The notes under the pieces: model-generated | Told to the model about the DNA's origin: nothing | What the model saw: only the letters and a program-made list of their open reading frames with translations | The model's database searches: none | Made by a program: the position numbers and the translations under genes | Origin: Podarcis muralis | Lineage: Eukaryota | Length of the DNA stretch: 64,000 nt | Reading direction: 5' to 3' | Assembly (NCBI RefSeq): GCF_964188315.1 | Contig: NC_135663.1 | Span: 35,650,001 to 35,714,000 of the forward strand | In this document: positions 1-12,215 of the stretch, in pieces | How positions within the stretch are numbered: position 1 is the first letter of the stretch | Layout: each line of letters begins with the position of its first letter

Positions 1-710
1 CTAAAGAAGAAAAGAATGAATGGTGTAATACCCGAGCTTTGGTTGGTGGGTTTAGGGGCAAAGTAAGTTTTTATCACTGATTTTCCATTGCTATTGTGAA
101 CGCCTTCATGTTTCTGCCTTCTGTGCAGTGTGCAGCTTAGTTTACTTGCTTGAATAATCTGTAACAATTTGCTCTACAGAGAGGTCTTACCAGTGAGCAC
201 CTGCTCTCTGCTTCTGGAAACTCTCTATAGCATAAGTGGATCTGTGGATAATTCTGCCGGCGACTGAGGAATGGACTTGACGGTCTGCTAAGTTCATGTC
301 TTCTATGCGAGGTGGGGAAAATACTTTGTCCTTAGATACATTTTTAAAACCGGTGGTTAGCTCCCCTCATGGAAAAGGCACTTTACATACACCCAAAAGA
401 AGCTCTGCCATTAGTGCCAGATTTTGTTGGGAAAAAGGAAAAAAGATACCAATTCTAGTCTCTTTCATCCAAGACAGCCACAGGTGTCACTTGGTTGCCA
501 AATGCCTGCCTGAGGCTCTTCTGACTTTTGCTTCGTTAAGACATGGGCAGCAGACTTCTTAGAGCTTTTGCAGCACATATATAGGTTTGGTTCCCTCCTC
601 CTCAACTTCTTGTATTGTTTTTAAGTTTTAAGGTTATCATATCATTACTGAGGGCTCATCCACATTTACATTTCTCCCACTGCTTCCTCCAGGGGAAACC
701 TGCTCCTTAC

Positions 711-770
711 CTTGAAATTGGAGGAAATGTCAATTGGGTTTTTCACAGATTGACATTCGTTCCAATACAG
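711..770 (-). CDS. Candidate 60-nt internal exon of an unidentified minus-strand gene (LYWNECQSVKNPIDISSNFK)
   Basis: On the minus strand: ctctttacAG acceptor and AAG|GTAAGG donor, length divisible by 3, only phase 0 open. Peptide not recognised; could be chance. Confidence 0.25.
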
Positions 771-3404
771 CTGTAAAGAGTGGATTTTCCTGAGGAAGTG
801 AAACAGAAAACCACTCGAACCTGTTTCTAGAAAGCACAGGAGAAGTGGAAAACCAGTCGGATCCATGCTTTTTCTATGCACAAGACAAGTGAAGTGGGGA
901 CGAGCCTTGAATTTGCTGCTGTTGCTCTGAGGATGATTTCAATGTTTTGTAAATATGTTTTTTTAAAAATTATGTAAGCCACTTTGTGGAAAGTCTTACA
1001 CCCTTGCACTTTACCAGAATCCAGAGACGGCTTTCAAAAATTCCACAGTATTTGATTTATGAGATTCCTCCAATGGAGGCCTGAAAACACTCCAAAGTGC
1101 TAATTTGTTTCAGCAGTAGCTAGCATTCATGGAAAGGGAATCAAGCCCATAAGACTACTACTGAAATTAGGACAAAGAGAGCAGCATCTGCAGTTGCTAA
1201 CATCGAAACTATTGTGACTGTTGAATGCAAACAACTTATTTTGTGCTACAAAGGCCACTGGCTGCTTGGTCTTCCAAGTGCCGTTTTAGAGCAAGCCCCA
1301 GTGAAGCAAATAAGCTGACAAAGCATGTCGAGGATCACAGCCGACAGCCTTTGAAAGAGATGGGGATGCCAAGAGGAAGGGCTTATGTTTGACACTTTTT
1401 CCTGAGGGTATAACAGAAGCTGTGTGCTCCGAGGAGGATAGCTTCAAGAACATGGACCAGAAGGTCAAACTACACCACAGGAAAAAAAAGGCATAAACAC
1501 AGGAGTGGAAGAGACAAGCATATGGAACATCTCATCTGGTATACTGCCACACCACATAACAATAGATCTGGGTCTAAGTATTCCATATGTACAAAAAAAA
1601 AAAAAAAACAACAACACACAACTGGAGGGAAGGACAGCATGACTGCACCATCATCAAATATATACCGTAATAGCTTAAATCTCAAGATCATAGAATCGGT
1701 TTCTTTAAGGTGGAAGGTTATGAGCCACAGTTCTAAATTTCTTACAGTGCCTCACTTTAGCCCTCATTTTATCATCACAACAACACTGTGAAGTTGGTTA
1801 GACTCAGAAATAACAAGTTGGCCAAGGTCGTAACTTTTTATTATGGGAGAGGTCTCCCTGCAACTCTGGAAAAGTGGCCTGTTTTGCCTTTAGAGCAGCA
1901 ATTTTAAGGAGGAAAGTTTGTGGGGATGAGAAGTTACTGTTACGATATGGATGCAATGCAACCGCGAACAGCAGGTGGCTTGAAAGCAAAACATAATGGG
2001 AATGTTGGAACTGTTCCGTGGGAGCAAAATCTTATCTGACTGCCTGGTTTAAATAATTACTTTAACTGTGTAACATTTTATGCATTTTAGTTTGTTTTGT
2101 AACAGCTTTAGCTGCACAAATAAATAATATTTGTATTTGTGTGGCACAGCAGGTCACTGCTCAGGTCACTACTCCTCATTCTTTTCACACATGCATGCCT
2201 CTGTTCCCCCATGATTCACCCATGAAAACAGCAGGGCTGGTATACCACCCCCAAATTTCAGCATTTTATGCCCACAGTTAATGTTAAGGGGTCCGCAAAG
2301 GCATTTTTTTTCTGGAATCAAAAATCGCAGAAAGGAGCACTAAGCATGCATTATATTCCATCAGTTTTCTGAAGTGGCTTCTACATTGTATGGAAGCTCA
2401 AACATAATGTGGAAATTAACAGTTAGGGAAACATGTGAATGTAGCCCCAGATATACCTATAAACCACAGAACATTGCATTTACTGGTTTGCAGAAGGAGC
2501 GAAGCAGAATGCTGTCCCTTTCTTATTCAGTATAGTACAGGCTTTGCAGTATATTCAGAGAATCCAAATTATACAATTGATGTGGCACCACAAGTTGACA
2601 AACTTCTAACGCAGGAAACTGGAGCCCTGAATATGGAGCCAAGTTAGCATTGCTAATGTAAATTTTAATTTTTCTCATTCAAACATTTGACCTCTTTCCA
2701 CTAGCATCAAGGATGCACACCTCTTATCAACTATTGCGAAGTCTAATATCCTTACTTTTCTTTAGAACAAAAGCTAAAAACACATTTTGCTGACAAAGGG
2801 AAATGCAAAAGAAATGTTAATAAAAACACTACCCTAGCAGAATTTCCATAACCTAGAAAAATGAGTTTGCCCACTGGAGGGCTCTAATATTGTTTCAACT
2901 ACCATAGAAACACATCAAAACGTTGAAACGGAAATTATTTCAATGTATGGGAATAGAGCATTCAAATATGTACAATATACCAAACTCCATGGATATGCAT
3001 ACATTTTAATGGAGGTCAGAAGTAATCTGTGTTTTGCACTTCTAATACAATAGAATGGTTTCTCTCTTTCTTCCAGTTCTTATGAATAACTTAATTAAGC
3101 ATCCACCTGTTAACTTTTCTTTTGCACATTATCATAGAATGTTCACACCAGTGTAACAGAAACTAAAATAAATTATTTGTAATATTTATGCAGCAGTACA
3201 CAATTGTAACTTTGGGCTTAGGTCTGCTGTTTCATTTTTCAGAGGTGCCAGGTGTTCGTGAACCTGGTGGCCCATCTCGGTTTATATGGCTGACAGAGTT
3301 GCTCAAGACTGGCTTGTGAACCACATGGCTAGACTTCCCCTTGCAGTGAGCACATGAAGGAAAATATCTGCCTTTACCCATGACACTTTCCTAAACGCCT
3401 AAAG

Positions 3405-3530
3405 CACCCTTTCTCAACCTGTGGGTCCCCAGATGTTGTTGAACTACAACTCCCATCACCCCTAGCTAACAAGGGATGATGGGAGTTGTAGTCCAACAAC
3501 ATCTGGGGACCCACAGGTTGAGAACCACTG
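3405..3530. mobile_element. Palindromic hAT-type MITE with SPIN/Charlie-like end (CAGTGGTTCTCAACCTGTGGGTC)
   Basis: About 52-bp inverted arms (from 3411 and ending 3524) with 2 mismatches; right end intact, left end decayed; no TSD seen. Confidence 0.8.
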
Positions 3531-3668
3531 CAAGAATACAACACACAAATAAAACCAGCACTACCTTTAGATCACAAAATGGGCTCCTCAATCAAACTTG
3601 CATGTGAATAATCATAATCACAGCATTCCATTCCAGGCACATGAAACCAGTCGCAAGGCCTAAATTTA

Positions 3669-3982
3669 GGAATATAGGAAGCTGCCTTATACCAAGTGCG
3701 GTCCATTTATCCATTCAGCTCAATATTGTCTACATTAGTGTTTCCCAAACTTGGACTGCTTTTGGACTACAGTTCCCATCATCACTGACCACTGGTCTTG
3801 CTAGCTAGGGACGATAGGAGCTATAAACCAAAAACAGCTGGAGACCCAAGTTTGGGAAACACTGGTCTACACTGACTGGCCGTGGCTCTCCAGGGTTTCA
3901 GACAGGGATCTGTGTGGAGATACTGCCAGGGATCTTTCGCATGCAAAGCAAATGCCCAACCACAGAGCTAAGGCCCTTTCCC
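3669..3982 (-). mobile_element. tRNA-derived SINE (Squam2-like), interrupted by a MITE
   Basis: Reverse complement shows a tRNA-like head (…TTTGCATGC…), the CTGGAGAGCC…CAGTCAGTGTAGACAATATTGAGCT body and an AAGGCAGCTTCCTAT tail; split at 3736-3864. Confidence 0.75.
3736..3864. mobile_element. Non-autonomous hAT (Charlie-like) MITE
   Basis: TIR (C/T)AGTGTTTCCCAAAC; TSD gtctacat (3728-3735) / gtctacac (3865-3872). Confidence 0.85.
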
Positions 3983-4737
3983 TGTTCATGCAACTTCTTC
4001 CTTAACAGCCACCTTGAGAAGGGAGGGTGGACTAAGCGAGTAAACACTTCAACCCTCACCCCTTGACATGGTCTGTCCACAAGTTTTGTTGTTGCTCCAG
4101 CATTTTCTGAGGGAGACAGAGGTACAGCTCCCAGAGGCTTTCAGGGTGGCCCCCGGCTTATTCCAAGCAGCACATAGCATCAGGATACAATTATTCAAAT
4201 AATTCCTGTGCCTTAAGGCTTGACAGGAAACACTTTCCTCTCCCAGTACCATGCAATTGCTGTCCCCAAATCCTGCCACTGGTGCCTCAATAGCAGCATG
4301 AAATGTAACCTAGGGCAAAGTAACACCTTCTCTGGGAGAAAAGGCCTGTTTCATCCTCCATTTGCCAGGACAGGGAGTGGACTGGGCTGAAACGAGTGGG
4401 ATACAAGTTCACAAATTTGTGAAAGAAGGATCTTAACATGTCAGGACTTTGCTGCAGGAAAGTGCCCTTGCCTGTTCGTTTTTCAGAGTGTCACATGAGC
4501 GTTCATGCAGTTCAGTGGATAAGTGTCGATTCCTTTACAATACAGAGTGTGCTGATTATTTTCAATAGAACCAAGTAAAAATATTTTAAACAGTTCCAGA
4601 AACTGCACCAGGCATGATGCAGCAGAGTGGAATTCACACTTCTCTGAACTTTGCAATACAGTTCCTCAGTGGATCCTGGAGGGTATTCTCCAGCTTCGGA
4701 TGGTGCCTCCCATTGGCTCAACGGGCAGGGTCTAAAC

Positions 4738-4982
4738 CAGGGGTCAGCAAACTTTTTCAGCAGGGGGCCGGTCCACTGTCCCTCAGACCTTGTGGGGGGG
4801 GCTATTTTTTTTGGGGGGGTGACCGAATTCCTATGCCCCACAAATAACCCAGAGACGCATTTTAAATAAAAGAACACACTCTACTCATGTAAAAACATGC
4901 TGATTCCTGGACCATCTGCGGGCCGGATTTAGAAGGCGACTGGGCCAGATCTGGCCCCCGGGCCTTAGTTTGCCTACCCCTG
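4738..4982 (+). mobile_element. Non-autonomous hAT MITE (CAGGGG ends), family also at 15528
   Basis: CAGGGGT…ACCCCTG termini; perfect 8-bp TSD gtctaaac (4730-4737 / 4983-4990); clearly alignable to 15528-15778. Confidence 0.9.
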
Positions 4983-6443
4983 GTCTAAACCTTCTGACCA
5001 CCTCCCCCAGGGCAAAGGGCCATCCTGTCTGCCCAGATCAACCTTGCCTCTTGTTACCTTTCAAGCCTCACCTTTCCTCACTTTTCTTCCAAAAGGCAGC
5101 CAAGGAGGGAGAATCTGGAAGGGACAAGATGGCTCTTGCTCCTGGGTGAGGTGGTCTTAATGTTTAGAACTTGCCTGTTGAGCAAGTGGGAGCTGCCATC
5201 CCCAGCTGGAATATGGCCTCCAGCAAGCGCTAAGAATAGGAATTCATGGTAAGTGTTTCCACTTGTTCTATAACCAAAAAATGCATATTTTAGTGAAAAA
5301 GGCATTCTATTAGGGAAAATTGCCTGCAAAAACATGAACATTAGTCAAAACTGCATACAAAAATAGAGAACTAAAACGCTAATGAATTTTCATGAGGATT
5401 TTAAAAAATAAGAATTTGCAAGTTGCTGCAGAAATCATAAAAGCATAGAATTGTAATTTGGATAAATAAGGAAGTGGGAGAACCATCCATAATTTCAACA
5501 GTTCTGAAATTATCATTGGCCATATATACCCTTTACTAAATGCAATGCAGCTTACTTTAAGAATATACAAAATGTGAAATCTTCCTTATGTTCGGTATCT
5601 GGCCTTCTCATACATTAAAATAAATTTCACTTGTGTATATGGCCTTAAACTGCCTTCCTGTTTTTTTCAGGACTGGGGGAAGGGGAGAGGAAGAGAAATC
5701 TTGGTATGAAATCATTTCACAACAAACCAAATTTTATAACCTTCCTGAAAGATTAAAGGAAATTTATTAGAAAGTTGGACGTGCTAGTTGGTGCTGCTTT
5801 GAGAAACCCAACATGACATTCTTCAGGGTTTTCCTTTTAATTTAAAGTACTATATCAGGCTGATATAGGAAACATTATGGCCTTTTGGCTTCTTGCCTGA
5901 GCAAATAATTATTTCTGCTGCTTAGGAAAAACACCTCCTCTCGCTCCACTTGGTAGCAAAGGGAGATATCAAGGATCTCACTTAAAAACATCCAGGCTGC
6001 TCTTTTGGAGCCCTTCATCCAGTACATGCTAACGCCGTTCTGCTGGGAGATTGCTATTCTAACATAATGAGATATTAATGAGCTTTGCACATGTTCCAAC
6101 CCGCAACAGCCTCCCCCCCTCTTTCCCACAAAACTAGAGATTCTCGTCCTGTTTTTTTCTGACACTGCAGTTGTGCTTCTCTCCCCTTTCTCTCCCCATC
6201 CCCGTCCTCCGCCCTCCCTGCCTCCCAGCACTGCTGCACAGTTTGCCTTAAGCTGCCAGCACTAAACAGCACCAAATGGGCTGGCACCGTCTTGTTTCCT
6301 GGCCTAATGGATGCTTGTTTAAACACTGGGGCTGTTTGCATTGCTGCAGCTCACTGCATGTTAAACACAGTCCTCTGAAACCCTACGCCAATCCAATAAA
6401 GGTATCAGCAAGTACAGCGTGGGGAGGCAATTACTATAAGGTC

Positions 6444-6583
6444 NNNNNNNNNNNNNNNNNNNNNNNNNNNNNNNNNNNNNNNNNNNNNNNNNNNNNNNNN
6501 NNNNNNNNNNNNNNNNNNNNNNNNNNNNNNNNNNNNNNNNNNNNNNNNNNNNNNNNNNNNNNNNNNNNNNNNNNNNNNNNNNN
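6444..6583. other. Assembly gap (140 N)
   Basis: Run of N. Confidence 1.
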
Positions 6584-9500
6584 GAGCTAGTGAGAGCAAA
6601 TGCACATTGTTAAGAGGGGCTTTAAGCATTTGCCTGTTAGAAATGCCATCTGCTGCATATACCAAGAGATCGGCTCCCTTCTCTCTCTTTCCTTTGAAAT
6701 CCTAAAAGATGCGGAGGCTTTTATTTTTTTAAATTTTATACCGTGCAGCTTCCCCTGCAGGCCTCTCATCAATCTTTAAAACAATTCTCTTCTGATAAAG
6801 GTCCCTTTTCCAGTGCAATATCATTGTAATATCAAAGGGATGAGGTAAAGAGATAAAAACCAGAATGACAAAGGACTCGTTATAGATATAGATATATATA
6901 TCTATATCTCCACCGGCCTATTTTTCAAAGAATCTCACCCTAATGATAGTCAATATTTGAAGGAATCGGCTCTCCACCTTTGCAGGGCCAGAAATCCAGG
7001 AAGGGGGAGAAAAAGCTGCATATCAATTCGTTTTAGCTGAGAAACAAAGACATTTCCAATGCAGGAGGGGGGGGACCCCACTTCCTCTGTTTGAAATAGA
7101 TAATAGAAAAGTGCGGAAACTGTTGCTTCTTAGTTCCGACTTACTTTAACAGCTTCTAAACCAGGGCTTGCTCCAAAAAGCACCTTTGCTGATGAGATGG
7201 AAAGTTTCCCCAAGTGCCTCTCATGGATACATTCATTATGAAGGATTTAGGAGCATAAGACATGCCACACAGAACCAAACCAACAGTCCATCTAATTTGA
7301 TTTCCTGCCTCCAGCAATAGATCCCTCCACCAATACTGGCAAGCAAAAGGCAAAATCCCCTCGCCTGCTTCAAATGCAGCCAGCTGGTTTTTACTGTCTT
7401 GGTTGATTTCTGCTTTCAAACTGCAGTAGTGATTAGTGGATGTGCCTCATCTGGCAATGGCAGTTCATTTTTGCCCTGGGAAACTGGCAGACCTTTGTGC
7501 TGACCAGCAGCACCCTGGCTAGCGGGTTCAAACTTTGACTTAAACCAAGTGAAGTACCTCTCACAGCATCGTAAATCCAGTGTGATCCAGAGCAGAGGAT
7601 GATGCCAAGTTAACTATTGAACTCAAGCATGGGGCAGCTTTCTGGAATGCAGGAAGCAGCCCTTTTTGAAAATATTGCTAAGAAGTGCATATATTTTCAG
7701 GAGTCTGAATCCCTGGTAAAGTAACAGGAAAAAGCCTGCCTGACAGTCATACCTAACTTCATATCTTAGGCTCACTCAACTTCTAAAGTTTAGCACTTAA
7801 AATAGAGGATTAAAATAATATACAATGGAACATGATGTACTTGGGATGCCACTGCTGCAAAGTAGATGGAGAAGCAGCTGAGATGCATTGGAGAGCGAAC
7901 AGAGAGAAAATGTATCCGTGTCCCATCAGCAAAGAATACAAACTTCTGCTTAAGTACTAACAAGAGGAGAAAGACAAGAAAACAAAATGAAATATCAATG
8001 TCAGATCAAAGCAAAGGCATGGAACACAGAGGCCCAACTCTGCAAGGGGTTAGATTTTCCAACACAGATTTGCTTGTCCATCCATGCTGATGAAAGTGTG
8101 CTGAATTTCCCCACACACATCATGCATTCTAATATAAAGGCTGGGGAAATAGGGGACTTATTAAGCATTAACACATTAACCACTCAATGCATTGGTGATC
8201 TGTAGCAGTAATCCTTGGCAGGCAACTCTGATTAGGGAAGGTGCTGCCTTGAGCTACAGTCTCATGGCCAGAGTAATTTCTTAAGGAATAACTCATCTTC
8301 CCTGCTTTTCCTTCATGATTCTCACTGTGTAACCTGTGTACATGGGAAATACACATTTTCCTATTTTACAACATGTATACATCCTGAAATATGCACATGA
8401 ACAGGTGTAATTCCCAAGGAATAAAAGTATCATATGGATGTTTGAAGTCAAGTAAGGCGGATGATATTTTCCCAGCTATTTAATTTTGCTGATTTGGTAC
8501 TTTTTGAGCAGAAAGTAATACAGTAAATTAGCCTTACTCCTTTGCCTGTGAAAAGGTATGGATAATGAAAGGAAATCATGAGATGTTCCTGATAGGTATT
8601 AGCTTTCTGATCTGCATTCACTGCATGTGTTCGTGTGTGTTTAACGTCTGTTTGCCAAGTTGGGTTATGCAAAAGTCATGCCAAAGACATTAAAAAGAAG
8701 ATGGGAAACATTGCTTGTCTTGCCACTTTTACAGGTGTGTATAACACACCAGCATGTGGGTGAGACAAGCACATACATTGTTAAGAGTATATGAGACATT
8801 TGGAAATACATAAATGGCCTGACTTCCACTGAAACTGCCCTTGGCAGACCCACCTCTGTTGCTGCAGGTCTGTTCTAATCATGTATAAGATATGTGTGGC
8901 AGGGCAGAAGGAGAGTATCCAAGTTTAAAGTGCAAAGTGGGTGTGCTCATGGTGATTCTTGAATCTTCCTCCCTTTCGTAGCTTGATGCCTTTGAAGTCT
9001 GTCATGCAAGTTAAAAAAATATTCAGACCCAGCCAGGTTACAACAAGAGGGACAAGCCCAGCTGGGAGAACATTACCTTGAGGACTACACTGAACAGAGA
9101 AATGCCCCTCTTACTTTTTAAATTCCCCCCCCCCCCCGTCCAACCTCACACTTAATATGTGATTGGGCAGACTTCTGTTTGAAGAAATGTGTCTGCTGCT
9201 ATCATACCTGGTTTGGCTCTAAATAGTTTCTCATTTGCTACTATGTTGAAGACCTGTTTTGTGGTTGTATGTGTTTATGTCTACATGAAGCACTATGAAG
9301 GCTTTAACAGGGTTCCTGCACCATTAATTAAAATTTCCTGTTGAAAGGGCTTGCCCATTTTACTGCTTCCATTGGAAAGAAGCACATCTACATCTAACCA
9401 TGTCACTTCTGTCAGAGCCTGTCCAGAAAGATTGCAAACATTAGGAGGAAAACTTTGTCCTATCAATGGTCTAATTAGAAGTTAGGAAAAACGTAGACTC

Positions 9501-10769
9501 AAAAAGATGAGGCACAGAGTTGCAGTGGTTGGCTTTAAAGAAGAGGAGATGCTAGGAGAAAGCACCCTCTTGTCTCCTGGGCTGCCTCTTTATGACACAG
9601 TGGGACAGCTAATCAGCAAATGCTCAAGGCCAAGGAAGAAAAAATGTGGACACTCCTTTCATTTAAGCAAGAGACTGGAGTATCATTAGCTAGGACACAA
9701 AACCAGAGCCCTAAAGACTCAGCATGTGGACTCCAGCAACTTCTATTCTTCATTTCAGGTTTCCTCCAATTTTGCAGATGCTTTGAATTCAGTGGGTTCT
9801 CTCTCCCTCCCTCCCTCCCTCCCACACATTATGAGACATACGCACAAATACATGAGTCTCCTGCGAGGCTGGGGCCGTGCCAAGTAAGGAAGGTCCCAGG
9901 AGCAGCAACATGTGGGCTTTTTGCCAAGCTATTCTGATGGTTGAGACTGTCATGATCCCATCAGGACAGCCCATGCCTGCTAAATATTTGCCTAATCCAA
10001 CATGGCCACTGATACTTTGGGTCTTATAATAATAAATATTATTATAACAGGCAGCTCTTGACGCTCAGTGCTATTCAGCTTCTTGAGATCAGCCTCAGAT
10101 TTTGTTTGAAAACAAGGAGTTCAGGCATGTGTGTTGTAGGGTGCTCAGAGAGAGAGAGAGAGAGAAAGAAAGAGAGAAATGGATCACCCAACTCCCTTTC
10201 CCCACAGAGGCTCACAATTCCTGTCCCTGCTGGAAATACTTTTGTAAGAAAACAAACAAACATTGGGTTCCCACAGCTCCTTCTCACAGAAAGACAGCAC
10301 ATCACTCACTGATCCTTCTGCTCCCTGTTCTTCCTCCAGAGATTCATATGTTCCTCAAGTAGTAGTGGACACTTCAGTAATATCTTTTTTCCCTCTTGTC
10401 ATCCAAACACTGTTATAACATTACACAGCCAAATAGCAAATAAAGTAAAAATGGACTAGGCAGAGGGAGAATAACCCTTCAGAACAAAACTGAAGAACCA
10501 CTTTCTGAAATAAGAATCAGAGAAATCAGAGAACCGAATGACATATTGTAGTCTACTCCCAACCACTATACTCAACCGAAGAGTGGAAAGTTCGTTTCAT
10601 AAAAAAAGGAAATAGTTGTCAGTTGAAGTTCAACACTTCAAAAAGGGAACTAAGTTCACTTCACATTCGCCCCTTCACAGAACAAACCAGTTCAGTCCAT
10701 GGTTCAATTCAAGTTCATCCAAATGTTCCCCAACAATTCCACCCATCCCCCAAGAATTTGGAACATTAT

Positions 10770-11210
10770 TATTATTCATATATGTGATTTATTAACCACC
10801 TGCAAAACCACCATCTCAAAGCAACTTCTATATAAGATCATTAAAAACACAAAAATGGCAAATACATTTAAAACAAGACAAAAAAACCTAACCGATAGAC
10901 ATTCATAGTAAAGACTCATTTATCCAGCTGGGAAACCCTGTCAGAACAAAAATGTCTTCAGGTGTTTCCAGAATATTCAGGCCATAGCTGTCAACCTTCC
11001 CTTTTTTTTGTGGGAAATTCCCTTATTCCAGCGCCGTTTCCTGCTGCTTCCCACTGCTATCCCGGATTGTAGACTGTCCCCGGGACAGGTGAGGCTGCTG
11101 ATCCCTTATTTTTGAGGCTGCTGATACCTTATTTTCAAATCTGAAAGTTGACAGCTATGATTCAGACAGAAGGCACCTGTCTTATCTTGATAGGAGTAGC
11201 TGCACTAAAA
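10770..11210 (-). mobile_element. Old L2-like LINE 3' fragment, interrupted by a MITE
   Basis: Minus-strand remnant reads IKIRQVPSV..FWKHLKTFLF, resembling the L2 C-terminal IRQAPS..FRK.LKT.LF motif, followed by an AT-rich 3' UTR. Confidence 0.6.
10983..11159. mobile_element. hAT MITE with CATAGCTGTCAAC TIRs
   Basis: 13-bp perfect TIR; TSD attcaggc / attcagac; internal 23-bp tandem duplication at 11091-11136. Confidence 0.88.
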
Positions 11211-11283
11211 GGGGGTGTCTTCACACATTACAAAATGTCACATGTCATGGCTGTATTCCATGTGCGCCTAAAAGGTGCAACAC

Positions 11284-11750
11284 TCTCAGATGCTGGTGGT
11301 GGTTGCTCATGAGTAACCAGGCAGGACTCCGACCTGTCTTTTACAGGTTTTATTGTGCAAACTATTTACAGTGCAGATCCAAAAAGTTCATGTCTGTCTT
11401 AGTCACTTGCAGAATCCGGGAGTGGCCCCTTCCGGCTTCTCCCCCAACATAGGAACTTCAGCACCCCAAGCCTCCTCCTCCCCTCCTTGTGTTTCACCCC
11501 TCTGCTCAAGCTGGGCGACGGAAGTGACGTGCGTCCCTCCTGGCCAGCCTGGTGAGGTGAGGCGCTGGGGCTCTCAGCAGCATCCTCAAGCCCTTTCCTC
11601 GCTTGGCTGGCCCCTTCCCTCTCTTCTCCACTGGAGGTGTGGCTTTCCCCACTGCTGGATGAGGAGCTGCTCCTCAGGAGTTTCAGAGGCTCTCTGTATC
11701 CTAACGGCCCCCCTGACTCCTTCCCCTGTTCCGATGGCAGTCCCCTGACA
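11284..11750 (-). mobile_element. Solo LTR (ERV/Gypsy-type), 467 bp
   Basis: 5-bp TSD aacac (11279-11283 / 11751-11755); minus strand begins TGTCA; other end degenerate (plus-strand tctca); AATAAA on the minus strand near 11350. Confidence 0.65.
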
Positions 11751-11855
11751 AACACTTTCCCCCCTCTTTTTAAATGTAACATATATGCTACTATAAGGTC
11801 TCCACAACAGATGTATAAACAGTGTGCATTTAGTAGGTAGGTATGTGGCCACATT

Positions 11856-12215
11856 GGGACGCGGGTGGCGCTGTGGGTAAAAGCCTCAGCGCCTAGGGCT
11901 TGCCAATCGAAAGGTCGGCGGTTCGAATCCCCGTGGCAGGGTGCGCTCCTGCTGCTCGGTCCCAGCGCCTGCCAACCTAGCAGTTCGAAAGCACCCCCGG
12001 GTGCAAGTAGATAAATAGGGACCGCTTACTAGCGGGAAGGTAAACGGCGTTTCCGTGTGTGGCTCTGGCTCGCCAGAGCAGCGATGTCACGCTGGCCACG
12101 TGACCCGGAAGTGTCTCCGGACAGCGCTGGCCCTCGGCCTCTTGAGTGAGATGGGCGCACAACCCTAGAGTCTGTCAAGACTGGCCCGTACGGGCAGGGG
12201 TACCTTTACCTTTTT
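11856..12215 (+). mobile_element. Full-length Sauria SINE (Squam1), young copy
   Basis: GGGACGCGGGTGGCGCTGTGG head, B-box-like GGTTCGAATCC, TACCTTTACCTTT tail; 12-bp TSD tatgtggccaca (11842-11853 / 12216-12227); CpGs retained. Confidence 0.92.

Noticed and set aside
6276-6665. ORFs spanning poly-X
   Set aside because: Artefacts of translating the N gap.
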